A stretch of DNA of 64,000 nt from Macrostomum lignano (taxonomy: Eukaryota), in assembly GCA_002269645.1 (NCBI GenBank), contig NIVC01002093.1, forward strand, positions 141,485 to 205,484, read 5' to 3'. The position numbers and the translations under genes are program-made. The notes beneath the pieces were generated by a model, which saw only the letters and a program-made list of their open reading frames with translations, did no database searches and was not told the DNA's origin. Shown here piece after piece: positions 39,156 to 49,419 of this stretch; the first letter of the stretch is position 1; each line of letters starts with the position of its first letter.

Positions 39156-40737
39156 ATAGTGATCGTTTTTCTAGTGTTCAATTGCAACAATGAAATAGTA
39201 TTTTATATTAGCACATATAATGTTTCCTGGCCAAATACTACCTTTATAACAAGAGTTGCGTTCCTCGGGATTTATTCAACATAGTGTTAAAGATGACATA
39301 GAATTGAACCTGTGTTGAAAACGAAAAACGAAAATTAATTAATGACCCAGTCTTGGAACCTTTTGTTCTACACTATTTCAAACCTTTAAAACCCCTCTAT
39401 GGTTATCCATGAATAACAATTGTTGATTTTATTCACGAAATCGAAATCTGAATGCGTTTTCCTTAAGTCATGGCGATTTGATTTACACATGTGCATTTTG
39501 GAAAGTTAAGCTCAGATTTTTGTGAGCCTAAAAAATTAAAAATTGTACTTCTGCCGCGAGACCGCTCTGAACGACTGGAAATGAAGTGAATAAGCACTGT
39601 ACGAAGTACCGCAGTTGAACTCATTATATTAAGGCTAAAAATGGGATTCTTCAAATTTCACCGTCACACATAATTGACCGGCATAAATAAGGGGTCAATC
39701 TTTGACCCGGTGAATTCTCGAAGTTGAAGCCATTATAGTAATGCAGAAAATGGGCTGTTCGGATTTGACCCCGTCGCAAAATTAACTGGCATAATTAATG
39801 CGCAAAATATTGAAACAGTAAAATGTGCTTTATATTTCATAATATTTCACAGTTTGAGAAGGATTCAATTCTCAGAATGTTTAGTGTATAACAAACGAAC
39901 ATGAAGCTTTTCCAAATGAGTTTATGGTTTTGATTGAAATTAATAGACTTAATTGTTATTCTGCTTTTTTATTGACGGTGCGAATTAAAGGAAGGACTGG
40001 TAAATAAAGGAAAATAAGAAAATAAAGCAAAGCAAATTCACTGTATGAACTGTATGAACAAATTCAGCATTGTACCTTTATTTTTGCCTCTCTACTCGTG
40101 TAATTTGGCCCCTTTTGTGCCTTTTAGTATAAGCATTGCTGCTTTTTAATCTCCCGTCAATAGCCTAATTATTGTCCCCGTTAATAGCTAATTTGTGCCT
40201 CCCAGACAGGTATAACAGTGCCTTTCCGCATTTCCCTGCCAGATTTGTTAATTTTTCATGCGAATTAAAATGTCACATTATTAATAAAGAGAACGAATTC
40301 GATACAAGTAAAACGTTTGTAAAGCAGCACAAAATAAGCAAAAGGAAAAAATATCTCATGTACAATTGCATGCTAGTCCCTCTAAGAGAAGTATTATTAT
40401 AGTTGTGTAGCTAAAACTTCATAATATTGTTATTATATTGTTTTTAGGCCCCTTTTGTGCCCTTTTGGAATAAGCATTGCTGCTGTTTAATCTCCCGTTA
40501 TTAGCCCAATTCGGCCCCCGTTAATAAATAATTTCTGCTTCCCAACCAGATTTCTGCCTCCCCATTTCTCTGCCAGAGTGTCATAATTAAACTAATTGAG
40601 TTCGCAAAGCACACGCGTAAAAGTTTAGCGCAAATGAAAATCAGAAGACTAAGCAAAGCACAAAGAAAAAGCAAACAAATTAAATTTTATTTTAAAACCG
40701 ATATCAGGTCTCTATACTGGTTTTTGTAGATTCGTAG

Positions 40738-43700
40738 CTAACGGCGACTGCGTGTCCTCTTTTTATTGGGAGCTCGTGCGTCCGGATTTGTACTCTGGAA
40801 GTATTTTGTTATTATACGGTTTATAATTCGAAAGTCGATTTATACTTTTCTACATTTCTATTGTTAGAGCATTTTTACACACTTACAGCTTTTGGACCGC
40901 TCTGGGTCTGTCCGCTGCCGCTTAGCGACTCGCGTAAGGCGCGGGCTGGCACTATTGTCCGGAGAACTACGGGACGCGGAGGCGGACGCGGAGGCGGACG
41001 CGGAGGCGGACGCGGAGGCCGACTGTGTCGACGCAGTGCTGCATAGAGAAATAAAGAACTGACTGTGAAAAAATTCACCGTGTCTGAAAAAGGTCTGTAT
41101 GAAGGTCAAATATGTGGTAGGAAAATTTTACCTTTCCGTGCCCGTGGGTTCGTCGGCAGCAGTAGTCCCCCTTTTGGCTCGTGAGGGCCTTTTGCCTTTG
41201 CCGGAGGCGGGGGCGAATGCGGCAGCTGTCGCACTGTTGAATGGAGAAATATAGAAGTAAGTGTGAAATTAATTGACAGTATTCAAAAATATCTGTATGA
41301 TGCTCAAATATGCGATAGGATAATCTTACCTTTCCCTGCTTGTGGACTGCTTGGTGGCAGCGCTCTCCTTACCAGGTGCGCGCTTTTTGCCTCTGCCTGA
41401 GGCGGGAGCGGATTCGTCTGAGGCGGGGGCGGATTCGCCGGCCGTCGCACTGTTAAATGGAGAAAAATAGAGGCAAGTGTCGAAATAATTGACAGTATCT
41501 AACAATGTCTGTATGATGGTCAAGTATGTGGTAGGAAAATTTTACCTTTCCGTTCTGGTGAGCGCTCGCGCGTCGGCAGCGGCAGTGTCCCTGTCTGCAA
41601 TTCCTGGCGCACTGTTGGATGGAGAAATATAGAAAGAAGCATGAAAACAATTGACCTAGTGTAAAGGTGTCTCAATGATGGTGAGTTTTGTCGTGCGAAG
41701 AATTTACCTCTGTCTGGCTGAGGGCACTAGGGCGTTGGCGGCAGTCTTTGAGATCGTGGAGGGCTCCGTCGGCGCTTGGGCGTCGGCGACGGACTTGGCG
41801 ATTTTGACGGCTGGGCGTCAGAACTAGTGGTTGGAAGGAGATAGATATGATGGCGTAAAGCATTGATCAGGCTATAGGATACCTGTATGTGGGTTAATTA
41901 ATTAATAAGTAGCATTTTAACTGCTCGCAGCCGAAGCATTGCGCCTCTGCGACTGAGGAGAAGTCTCTTTTTGCTTCCTTGCCCGGCGCTGTGCTGTCAC
42001 AGTGTCGTCAATCTAAATAATTGGCGAATAGTTTTGGTGCATTTTCAGCTGGCGATACAGAATAGGTTCTTTGAACCTATTTAGTCCTTATCTAAATTCA
42101 ATTTATGATGAATGGCTTGGAGAATACGAAGAAGGATTAAAAACTCGAGTTCAATAAACATTTACGCTTGGAGTCAATGAAGTATGCTGTAATATAACAC
42201 TTACCCATTGGACCTGCAGATTTTCCTTTATCACCTCGGCCTTTAACTGTCTTGCAAACAGCGTCTCGTGGGTCCTTAATTGGCTTGGGCTCGGCTCATC
42301 GGGCATTGGAACGTAGTGGGGTAAGCAGGCATAGTCGAAACGCTCTTGATCGGAGGCAGCGTTGGCATACTTGCTCACAGTTTCATGCAGCACTCGTAAG
42401 TTGGCTCCCATCTTCATAGTAAGATTACATAACAAAGCCACGAGGTCGGGCGCTTCCATATATTGCAGCATCTTGTGAAGCCGGGCCAGCTTGTACCGGC
42501 CTTCCACAGTGTTTGGGTAAAGGGCGTCAAACGCCGTTTTGAAGGCCTCATTACCGACAGCAACGTGGCGAGCACGGGCGTGTAAACGTGCTGCCAACGG
42601 CTTGGAGGCGTGGTAACGAAAGAACCGAACTCGTCTACTCTGCCCCAATAGCGGAACGGGCTGACGAAAACGTTGTGAGCCGGCGCTTCCGCTGCTGTGG
42701 CCGCCGCTGCCGTGTCTGCAGGCGCACTCGCTGCTGCTGCTGCTGCTTCTTCTTGCAGACGCACCGTCTTCTTTTAGGTTCATTTTTTCTAAGGCTGCAC
42801 AGGTCGAAGGAGCGCTGCAGAAAAGCAAAAAATGACAGATTTAGTTTTGATATACTCGTACATGTCAATACGACGCTTGTAACATTTTATGTACGTAAAC
42901 TTTTAGCGGGGTACGTACACGTGCGTACATTTGGATACCCAGTATACTGGATATGGAGTAGTGCCATTGAATTCAAAGAAAAGGTTCAAATTTGGATTGT
43001 GATAATTTTAAAACTTTAAACAGATTTTCTTAAATGCGGCAACAATGAGAATTGCGCTTTTAGTGCCGCGAAATTAACATCATTAGTTTACAGTTCCCAT
43101 GGTAAAATTTTTCTGTGTAAGTCAGAAAGTGACTAGTTAAGGGCTATATTCAAGATAATTAAGATAAACATAATATGCGGTAGCGTGCTTACCACACCCG
43201 GAACTCTGCTATGCTGCGCGTCGGCCCCGGCGCTAGCGACGCGTTGAGCTGCACCGTCCATGAAGCGTTCGGCGGCGGCCTTGACATGGTCGGGGACGGG
43301 CCGTTCCGGGTCCAGCCCGACCAACTCCGCAAAGTACATATATACTTGATCGCGGAAATCCTCCGCCGCCTGAACGACATCTTTGCCCAGCTCGATCAGC
43401 GCGTCTGCTTCTTCTTCGGTGATGGGTGCGTACCACATTAGGTTGTCTGCTGCAATGAGTTCGTCGTTTGGCGCCCGTCGCAAATGCTGCTCAGGGCGCG
43501 AAAAGAAGTATCTGTAGAAATAATCTGGACGCTCATTGAGATTCAAGTTTTGGTACGTTCGCTCGAGTACTTGTTGCAACTGCCTGTCATAGGCTTTCGC
43601 CGTAAAGCCGTGAATGAATAGGGCGTATGGCAAGTTGTCGAAGTAACAGAGCGCTGCTGTGCCATTTTCCGAGCGGACGGTGTACGTTCTAGAGCCCTTT

Positions 43701-44130
43701 CGGAGTCTATTGACTTTGAGGCGGTGCGTTGTTGCCAAGCAGGGACAAAGTATTCTCGGATCAACCCGCGGCCGCCTTAACTCCACCCATTCGGCGTGGA
43801 ATTCGGTGGCCGGGCAGGCAGCGACCTGAACTTCGCCCGCGAAGGTAGGGCTCGCACTTTATACTGATGTCCGGGGCCCTGGAGGACAATGTCTTTCTTA
43901 GTAAGATATTGTCGTTTCTTATAGGGCTTGCGCTGTTGCTTCACTTCTTTTTCGGCGTCCTCCTCTTCTGAGTCACTCTCCCTGGCCTCTTATAAATCCG
44001 CGTCGGCCTCCTCTTCGAACGCTTCGTTCTCCGGATTGGGTTCATAATCGGCATCGAGGTCGACATCATCAGTGACGCGCTCCTTGTCCGATGAATCAGA
44101 TGATTCCGGAGGTACAACGGGCTTGCGCTT
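40738..44130 (-). pseudogene. Orphan multi-exon gene: acidic N-terminal segment, globular domains, basic low-complexity exon-repeat tail
   Basis: Predicted exons at about 44130-43190, 42825-42204, 42010-41920, 41611-41546, 41449-41330, 41233-41132 and 41038-40893, mostly with GT-AG borders. Stop near 43990 and a 1-bp deletion near 42556. No family recognised. Confidence 0.65.
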
Positions 44131-45026
44131 TAAAAATAAGACTCGAAACTTAGAAAATAAAAGTAGAAACTGCTGGGCTCACCGAATGTGCTCACCATTC
44201 GGACGGCGGTCAGGAAAAATGACGATGCGAGCATCACCCAGCTCGGGCTGCTCCTTTATTCGCTGCTTTGTAGCTTTCAGGCTCCGCACATATGAATTGC
44301 AATCGTGCAGCACGGCCTGCAGCAGGTTCAGCAGATCCCGATCCAGATGCTCACTGAGCTTCAAGCGATTCTCCAGCTCCTTTTCAGTGTAGTACACCTG
44401 CCAGCCATGCGCCACAGCCTGTTCACAAGCGTACAGAGGCGGAATGTTGTGGAACAGCTCACCACTGAGGATGAAGTTCGGGCAGTAGCCTCTTGTCGGT
44501 CTCAGGTTAGCCTTTATCGACGTGAGGTGCAGCGCAGCGTTGTAACTTCTGATGTTCTCCAGGAAATCGCGGCTTAGAGTGTGGCGCCCAGCAGATGCAG
44601 AATGCGCTCATGCAGAACTGCTGGTACGATCTTCACGGGTAGCTTGAGCTTGCCGGCTGCACAGCAGAGTCCTGGCGCCTCGCCTTCCCAGCGCAGAGCA
44701 CTGCATTGTCCACAAGGCAAACACATCCGGCCCAGCTGATGCGCCTGTGTTCAGGCTTAAATGGCCTGTTGAAAGTGAAAGCGAGAAATAAGATAAAAAT
44801 ATTAATAAACTAAACAGTAGTTTTCAGACAAAAAAACTTTGCTCACAGGGCTTCTTCATCTGAAAAATCTGAAGCGTCAGACGCCATGCTGACATCAGGC
44901 AGGAGTGAGCTAACACGCTTAGGAGTCCGGTTGGCCCAGAAGCTAGTGGTGGAAAAGCGAATGAGAAAATTTATACACTACTGAAACTTGGAGCATAGAA
45001 AACTTGAGATCTATACTCACTCGGTG

Positions 45027-45230
45027 TCAGAGGAGAACCCGGGTGTAGCTAGCGGCGGGACAATGCGCAGAGTCGTAGTGTTCGGTATGTCGATTGTACA
45101 GGAGCCGCACCACGGCCGCAGCTGGCCTTACATCAGATGGAACCTCTTGAACCAGCTGTAGATGGCCATCGTCAACGTACTGGTAGATGGCATAGTCAAA
45201 GTCCAGCAGCTTAGCTGTTAAGGTTGCCCT
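45027..45230 (-). pseudogene. Second OTU C-terminal module
   Basis: KLLDFDYAIYQY...VVRLLYNRHTEHYDS, paralogous to QLLDVDYAIY...VRLLYNRHLRHYY in the first module. Confidence 0.7.
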
Positions 45231-45691
45231 CAGATATATGCGAAGCACAACTCAACTCGGCACGTTATTCCTTTTAAGCCTTTAGTTTAGGCGAAGCTTA
45301 GTTTAGCTTTTGATTTCGTCTATAGACTGTTATAGTTAACACACAGCGCGTATTGAGTTAGCAGCTGTTGGCTGATCTCAGGATTTCGTGGACTATATTG
45401 TCCGAAAAATGCAGCTCACCAAACGCCATCAGCAGAAAGATCAGGCTCTACAGATGATGTGCTCCTACACCAGGTTGGCTGCGCATTGTGCTGAGACACA
45501 CTGCCAAGGGTGCGAGATTGATAGATTATGCACGGCTTAAGACCTGATATGAAAAAAGTGTGATTTCAACAACGCGAGTAAACTGAATTTCCCCAACTAC
45601 ATTTAAAAGCACGGAGCACAGAGACTTCCCAATTAAATGAAATAAAGGCAAACTCACATAGGAGTACTAAAATTCACCACATAGTAGTGCC

Positions 45692-46045
45692 TGAGGTGGC
45701 GGTTGTACAGCAGCCGCACTGTGGATAGATAGCATAGTCGACATCAAGCAGCTGGTTCAGCAAGGCCGCAATGAAATCATGGACCTCAACTCTATCTCGC
45801 TGTGTGTCATGAAGAACTCCTTCGACTGTCAGTCTGTCAGCCTGTAGCAGTTCTCGTTGTGCTTCAACAAAGGGCGAGACCGCTCACTAATAAGCTGCCG
45901 TAGCTGCTGGGGAGTCAGGTTGCTGTAAACTGGAGTTCCAATCAAATGGTGCTGTACAGCATAAAACCAGCAGTTGCCATCACCGGACATCGAGATGACT
46001 TGCGAGGCACTGATGGGCACAGTTCTAGGCGTAGATGACACGAGA
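45692..46045 (-). pseudogene. OTU cysteine protease-like exon of the Helitron
   Basis: SGDGNCWFYAV (catalytic D..C) and VRLLYNRHLRHYY (His motif), with frameshifts between them. Confidence 0.8.
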
Positions 46046-46086
46046 CTGCGAGATTTTTATGTGTAAAAAAGGAATATTTGTCCTTG

Positions 46087-48052
46087 TTAGCATTGTATCA
46101 CGCTGGCGCGCGTTAGATGCACGATTTACTGTGCGTCTAATGTAGGTGTCTATGGCAATTTTCTATCTGAGTAAAGGCAACAAGCGTGCGTCTAACGCGT
46201 GCGTGTAATGCGCGGAAAGTGAGTATATTTTAATAAGTATACTTCTGCTACAAGTACAACGAACGAATAACAGGGAACTGTGTAAACAAGGTAGACTGCG
46301 TAGACGATTACCTATCATTGACAGGGAAAGCGAATGAGGATGAAGGCGTTCTGCATTTGGAAGTTCAGTGTGGGAAAATTATTACTCATTGTTATTACTC
46401 ACTCTACGAATTGAACGTGCAGTTGTTGACAGTGTTGTAGAAGTTATAAACCACAGTTGGTTTCTTCTTGGCGTCATCACTTGGCGTCCCACCAGCAACG
46501 TCCGACGTGTCAGAAATAATCAGTGACTGGCTCATGACGGTAGAAGAGTCTTTCATAATCACGTCTTGCATGGAATCATCCTTGTGTAGTGCAGAAGCCA
46601 AGCTGACCGACATGTCTCGCATTTCGCCGTCCCTTCTGGAGCCAAAGCGTAAGTAGCGTTCTACAGTTCGCGTCTGCTTATGGCCAGTGACTTTGCAGAT
46701 ATCGGACGCGCTGTAACCTGCGTTAGATAGCTCCTTTATTACCGTGGATCGAATGCAGTGCGCAGTGTATGACTTTGATAAATTCGCCTTCTTTGAAATG
46801 ACGGTCATCAGCTGGCCCAAAGGATTCACACCAATTGCCTTGTTCGGGCAGTACCATGCTCCATTCGCCCAACCAGTCTTTTTCGGCAGTAAGAAGAAAG
46901 GATATCTTTTCGCCGTCTCCGAACTGCTTGATGGAATGGATTGCTCACGCTTAGCTAAATAGAGCTTCATAGCTTCCACAGGGCAGCGGCTTCTGTCTGG
47001 CAACGCACTCATAATAGCTTGCTTGACATCGTCACACGAGTTCCTGGAGAGTTCTTTGCCAATATTCTTTACTGTTCCAGCAACAAAGCGCACCACTTCA
47101 ATCCCATCGGAATCCGTCTCAAATCGAAAGGAATCATCGCTCAGTGAACGGATCCACTCGCGACCTCTGTTTCCAAAGTAGAAAATAACGTTGTAGTACA
47201 CTTCATGAAGTAGCACCTCTGGAGATTTCCGATCGAAGTAGTCAGACAGCCTCTTCAGATCAACAGGCTCGATCGATTGGAAGTGTCGGGCGCGTCCGCC
47301 TCGGGCAATGAAGATTCTGCCCATTGACTTCAGTGTCGTATTGGAAGCATAGAATGCGTCGTCAGTTAGAATATTGATTCGCCTTGTCGACATGAAATGC
47401 CGGTAGAGCGCAGCTCGGATACAAATCAACGTGGCTGGAGCAAAGTATTCGTCATTCCTCTTGCGAAGTGAGCCATAGAAGTATCGCAATAGACTGTCGA
47501 TCTCGCGCGGTGTAGAAGTCGCCAAATCACGCTGAACTGACGGATGGTTCTCCATGAAGCTCTGCAACTTACCGACATAATATTCGGTAGCCTTTGTCAC
47601 ACTTTTACTAGCAGCGGTGTCCTCGATTTCGGGAACGAGCTGTTCCAATTCAAGTAGTTCAGCTTCTTCGTCAGGTATCTTCTTGAAAAGTGCCTCCAGA
47701 AGATCCTCCTCTTCTCGATCAATTGCCGACTCCGGTAGATTATCAGGCTCGTTCAGAATGTCGTCAATCTCATTGGTGGACAAGCCGGAAATCATTTCGT
47801 TTGGAAATTTGCTCAGATTCAGAAGTCTGACTTTAGTTGGTGGCTCAGCCATATTCTCTCACAAGTGATTTTAATTTAACAGCTTCTTATTCCCTTCTTC
47901 GCAACACTCAATCAACTTGCGTGCCTTTCACGCATTTTTGTCTATGGTTAAGACAAATTAACTGAGCGTGCATCTAACGCGCCATCTAAAGTATTAAGCC
48001 AACGTAATACAATGCAACTCATACATCAACGAGCGCACGAGTGCCATAGACC
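46087..48052 (-). mobile_element. Crypton-like DNA transposon (boundaries approximate)
   Basis: Recombinase ORF flanked by inverted blocks: 46108-46123 versus 47967-47982 (16-bp perfect) and 46090-46102 versus 48003-48015 (one mismatch). Confidence 0.7.
46404..47852 (-). CDS. Crypton-type tyrosine recombinase (DUF3504/KCTD1-ZMYM-related), intact 482-aa intronless ORF
   Basis: Catalytic residues in order: FGNRGRE (R), GTVKN (K), AHCIRST (HxxR), TGHKQ (H), ERYLR (Y). Upstream YFAPATLICIRAALYRHF and F..SN..LKSM helices are typical of Crypton recombinases. Confidence 0.9.
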   Translation of the reverse strand: MAEPPTKVRLLNLSKFPNEMISGLSTNEIDDILNEPDNLPESAIDREEEDLLEALFKKIPDEEAELLELEQLVPEIEDTAASKSVTKATEYYVGKLQSFMENHPSVQRDLATSTPREIDSLLRYFYGSLRKRNDEYFAPATLICIRAALYRHFMSTRRINILTDDAFYASNTTLKSMGRIFIARGGRARHFQSIEPVDLKRLSDYFDRKSPEVLLHEVYYNVIFYFGNRGREWIRSLSDDSFRFETDSDGIEVVRFVAGTVKNIGKELSRNSCDDVKQAIMSALPDRSRCPVEAMKLYLAKREQSIPSSSSETAKRYPFFLLPKKTGWANGAWYCPNKAIGVNPLGQLMTVISKKANLSKSYTAHCIRSTVIKELSNAGYSASDICKVTGHKQTRTVERYLRFGSRRDGEMRDMSVSLASALHKDDSMQDVIMKDSSTVMSQSLIISDTSDVAGGTPSDDAKKKPTVVYNFYNTVNNCTFNS

Positions 48053-48754
48053 ATTTAAGCACGCAAAATCGATGTATGAATCCTACATAGTAGTATATTA
48101 GCTCGAAGTATAAAATCAAGTACTTAGTCTACAAAAAATTCAAAACATTCTTACATGTTGTTGCACCTTTCGTAACTAAATACTCTCGGTAGTGCTCCCT
48201 TTCAGCTTGCAGTCTGGCATCTCGCGCAGCGGGTGACTCTTCTGCTCTACGCTGACCTGAGCGCTCCCTTTCAGCTTGCAGTCTGGCATCTCGCGCAGCC
48301 GGTGACTTCTGCTCTACGCTGACCTGAGCGCTCTCGCTCGGCTTGCAGTCGAGCGTCACAAACTGTCGGAGATTCTGCAGCAAGGCGTCTCTGCTTCCCC
48401 TGTCGCCTTTCTTGCAGGCGCTGCTCCCGAACGTCAGCAGTCTTCTATCTACGGCGCTTTTCTGACTCGCGATTTTTCTGGGCAGCGCTTTTAGCTCGAC
48501 GGTAAGCCATCAGAGTTAACCGTAGATTAACGACTTTTGCGATCCACGCAACTTTCGTCAACTCAAGCAATAGATCAATGGAGCCGTTCGAAGGAGCAAA
48601 CAAAGAAGATGTTGTTAGTCTGCGGACCCGAGTCATAACTGGCTCCGACTGCGAACAAAAAAATGCTAAAACACTAAAAGCATAGGCAAAAACAGGTTTT
48701 ATCAACTTTAAAGGGACATCGTTGTAAATATCAACAATCAAATTAGTCAAGCAT

Positions 48755-49094
48755 GATGCTTGCTGTTTTGGGGATGCTTCCTGTATGGGGATTGCTTGCT
48801 GTCTGGGGAATGCTTGCTGTCTGAGGGATGCTTGCTGTCTCCCCCAGCAAGTTTGGTTCTTTGAGTTAGGCTGATAAAGAGGGTTCTAAGGCTGTGAGCT
48901 CCTGCTGTAGACCAGAGTATGCCCCGGCCAGTAACAATATGCACTAAGAGTTTCTGCTTGAAAGGATAAGCACTATTTTCTGAATAAGAAAGGGTTTTGG
49001 GTTGATGAAGGAAACTTTTTTAGCTGATGAAAGTTTTGATTCATGGAAATTTGGTGTCATTTTTAAGGCCCCCAGCGGGGGGCTAAATGGCTAG
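48755..49094 (+). mobile_element. Helitron 3' fragment in opposite orientation to the gene block
   Basis: 18-bp repeats, shared subterminal sequence, CCCCCAGCGGGGGG hairpin plus CTAG at 49091-49094. Confidence 0.8.
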
Positions 49095-49419
49095 TCGGCC
49101 TCGACGCTATGGCAGTTGTGTGTGAAGCGTGACCTCTCGATAGTAAAATTGTGTCTATTTTCGTCCAAAAACCAATTCAAAACGGCTAGGACACAACTTC
49201 CCAGACGGGAATTGATCACTAATTGATTCTAGGGATTTGTGTCATAGGCATTTTCCACTTGGCGCAAGCCAAATGATGACCATAGACTAAACGTCTGGGA
49301 CGAAAAGTTAAGCGAAACAGTCTGAAATTACCATAGACGAAACATGTTAAATGAAGTTGTGGTCTTATAAGCTGGAACTCTGCAGCAGAGGATACATGTT
49401 CCTGTTTCTCCTGTTTGCC

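Larger units (their letters stand above)
44183..48510 (-). mobile_element. Autonomous-type Helitron RepHel gene, 5' portion only (pseudogenised, multi-exon); Rep HUH core and helicase absent
   Basis: Exon 48510-48184 has three ESPAARDARLQAERERSGQRRA-type repeats. Exon 44765-44183 has LGRMCLPCGQCSALRWEGEAPGLCCAAGKLKLP then FLENIRSYNAAL...SGELFHNIPPL...QVYY...LQAVLHDCNSYVRSLK...GEHIR, typical of the RepHel region upstream of Rep. Confidence 0.85.

Noticed and set aside
39010-40570. GGGTCAA/TTGACCC motifs and a direct repeat of about 130 bp (40085 and 40445) suggesting a DNA transposon
   Set aside because: No terminal inverted repeat pair, target-site duplication or transposase could be defined.
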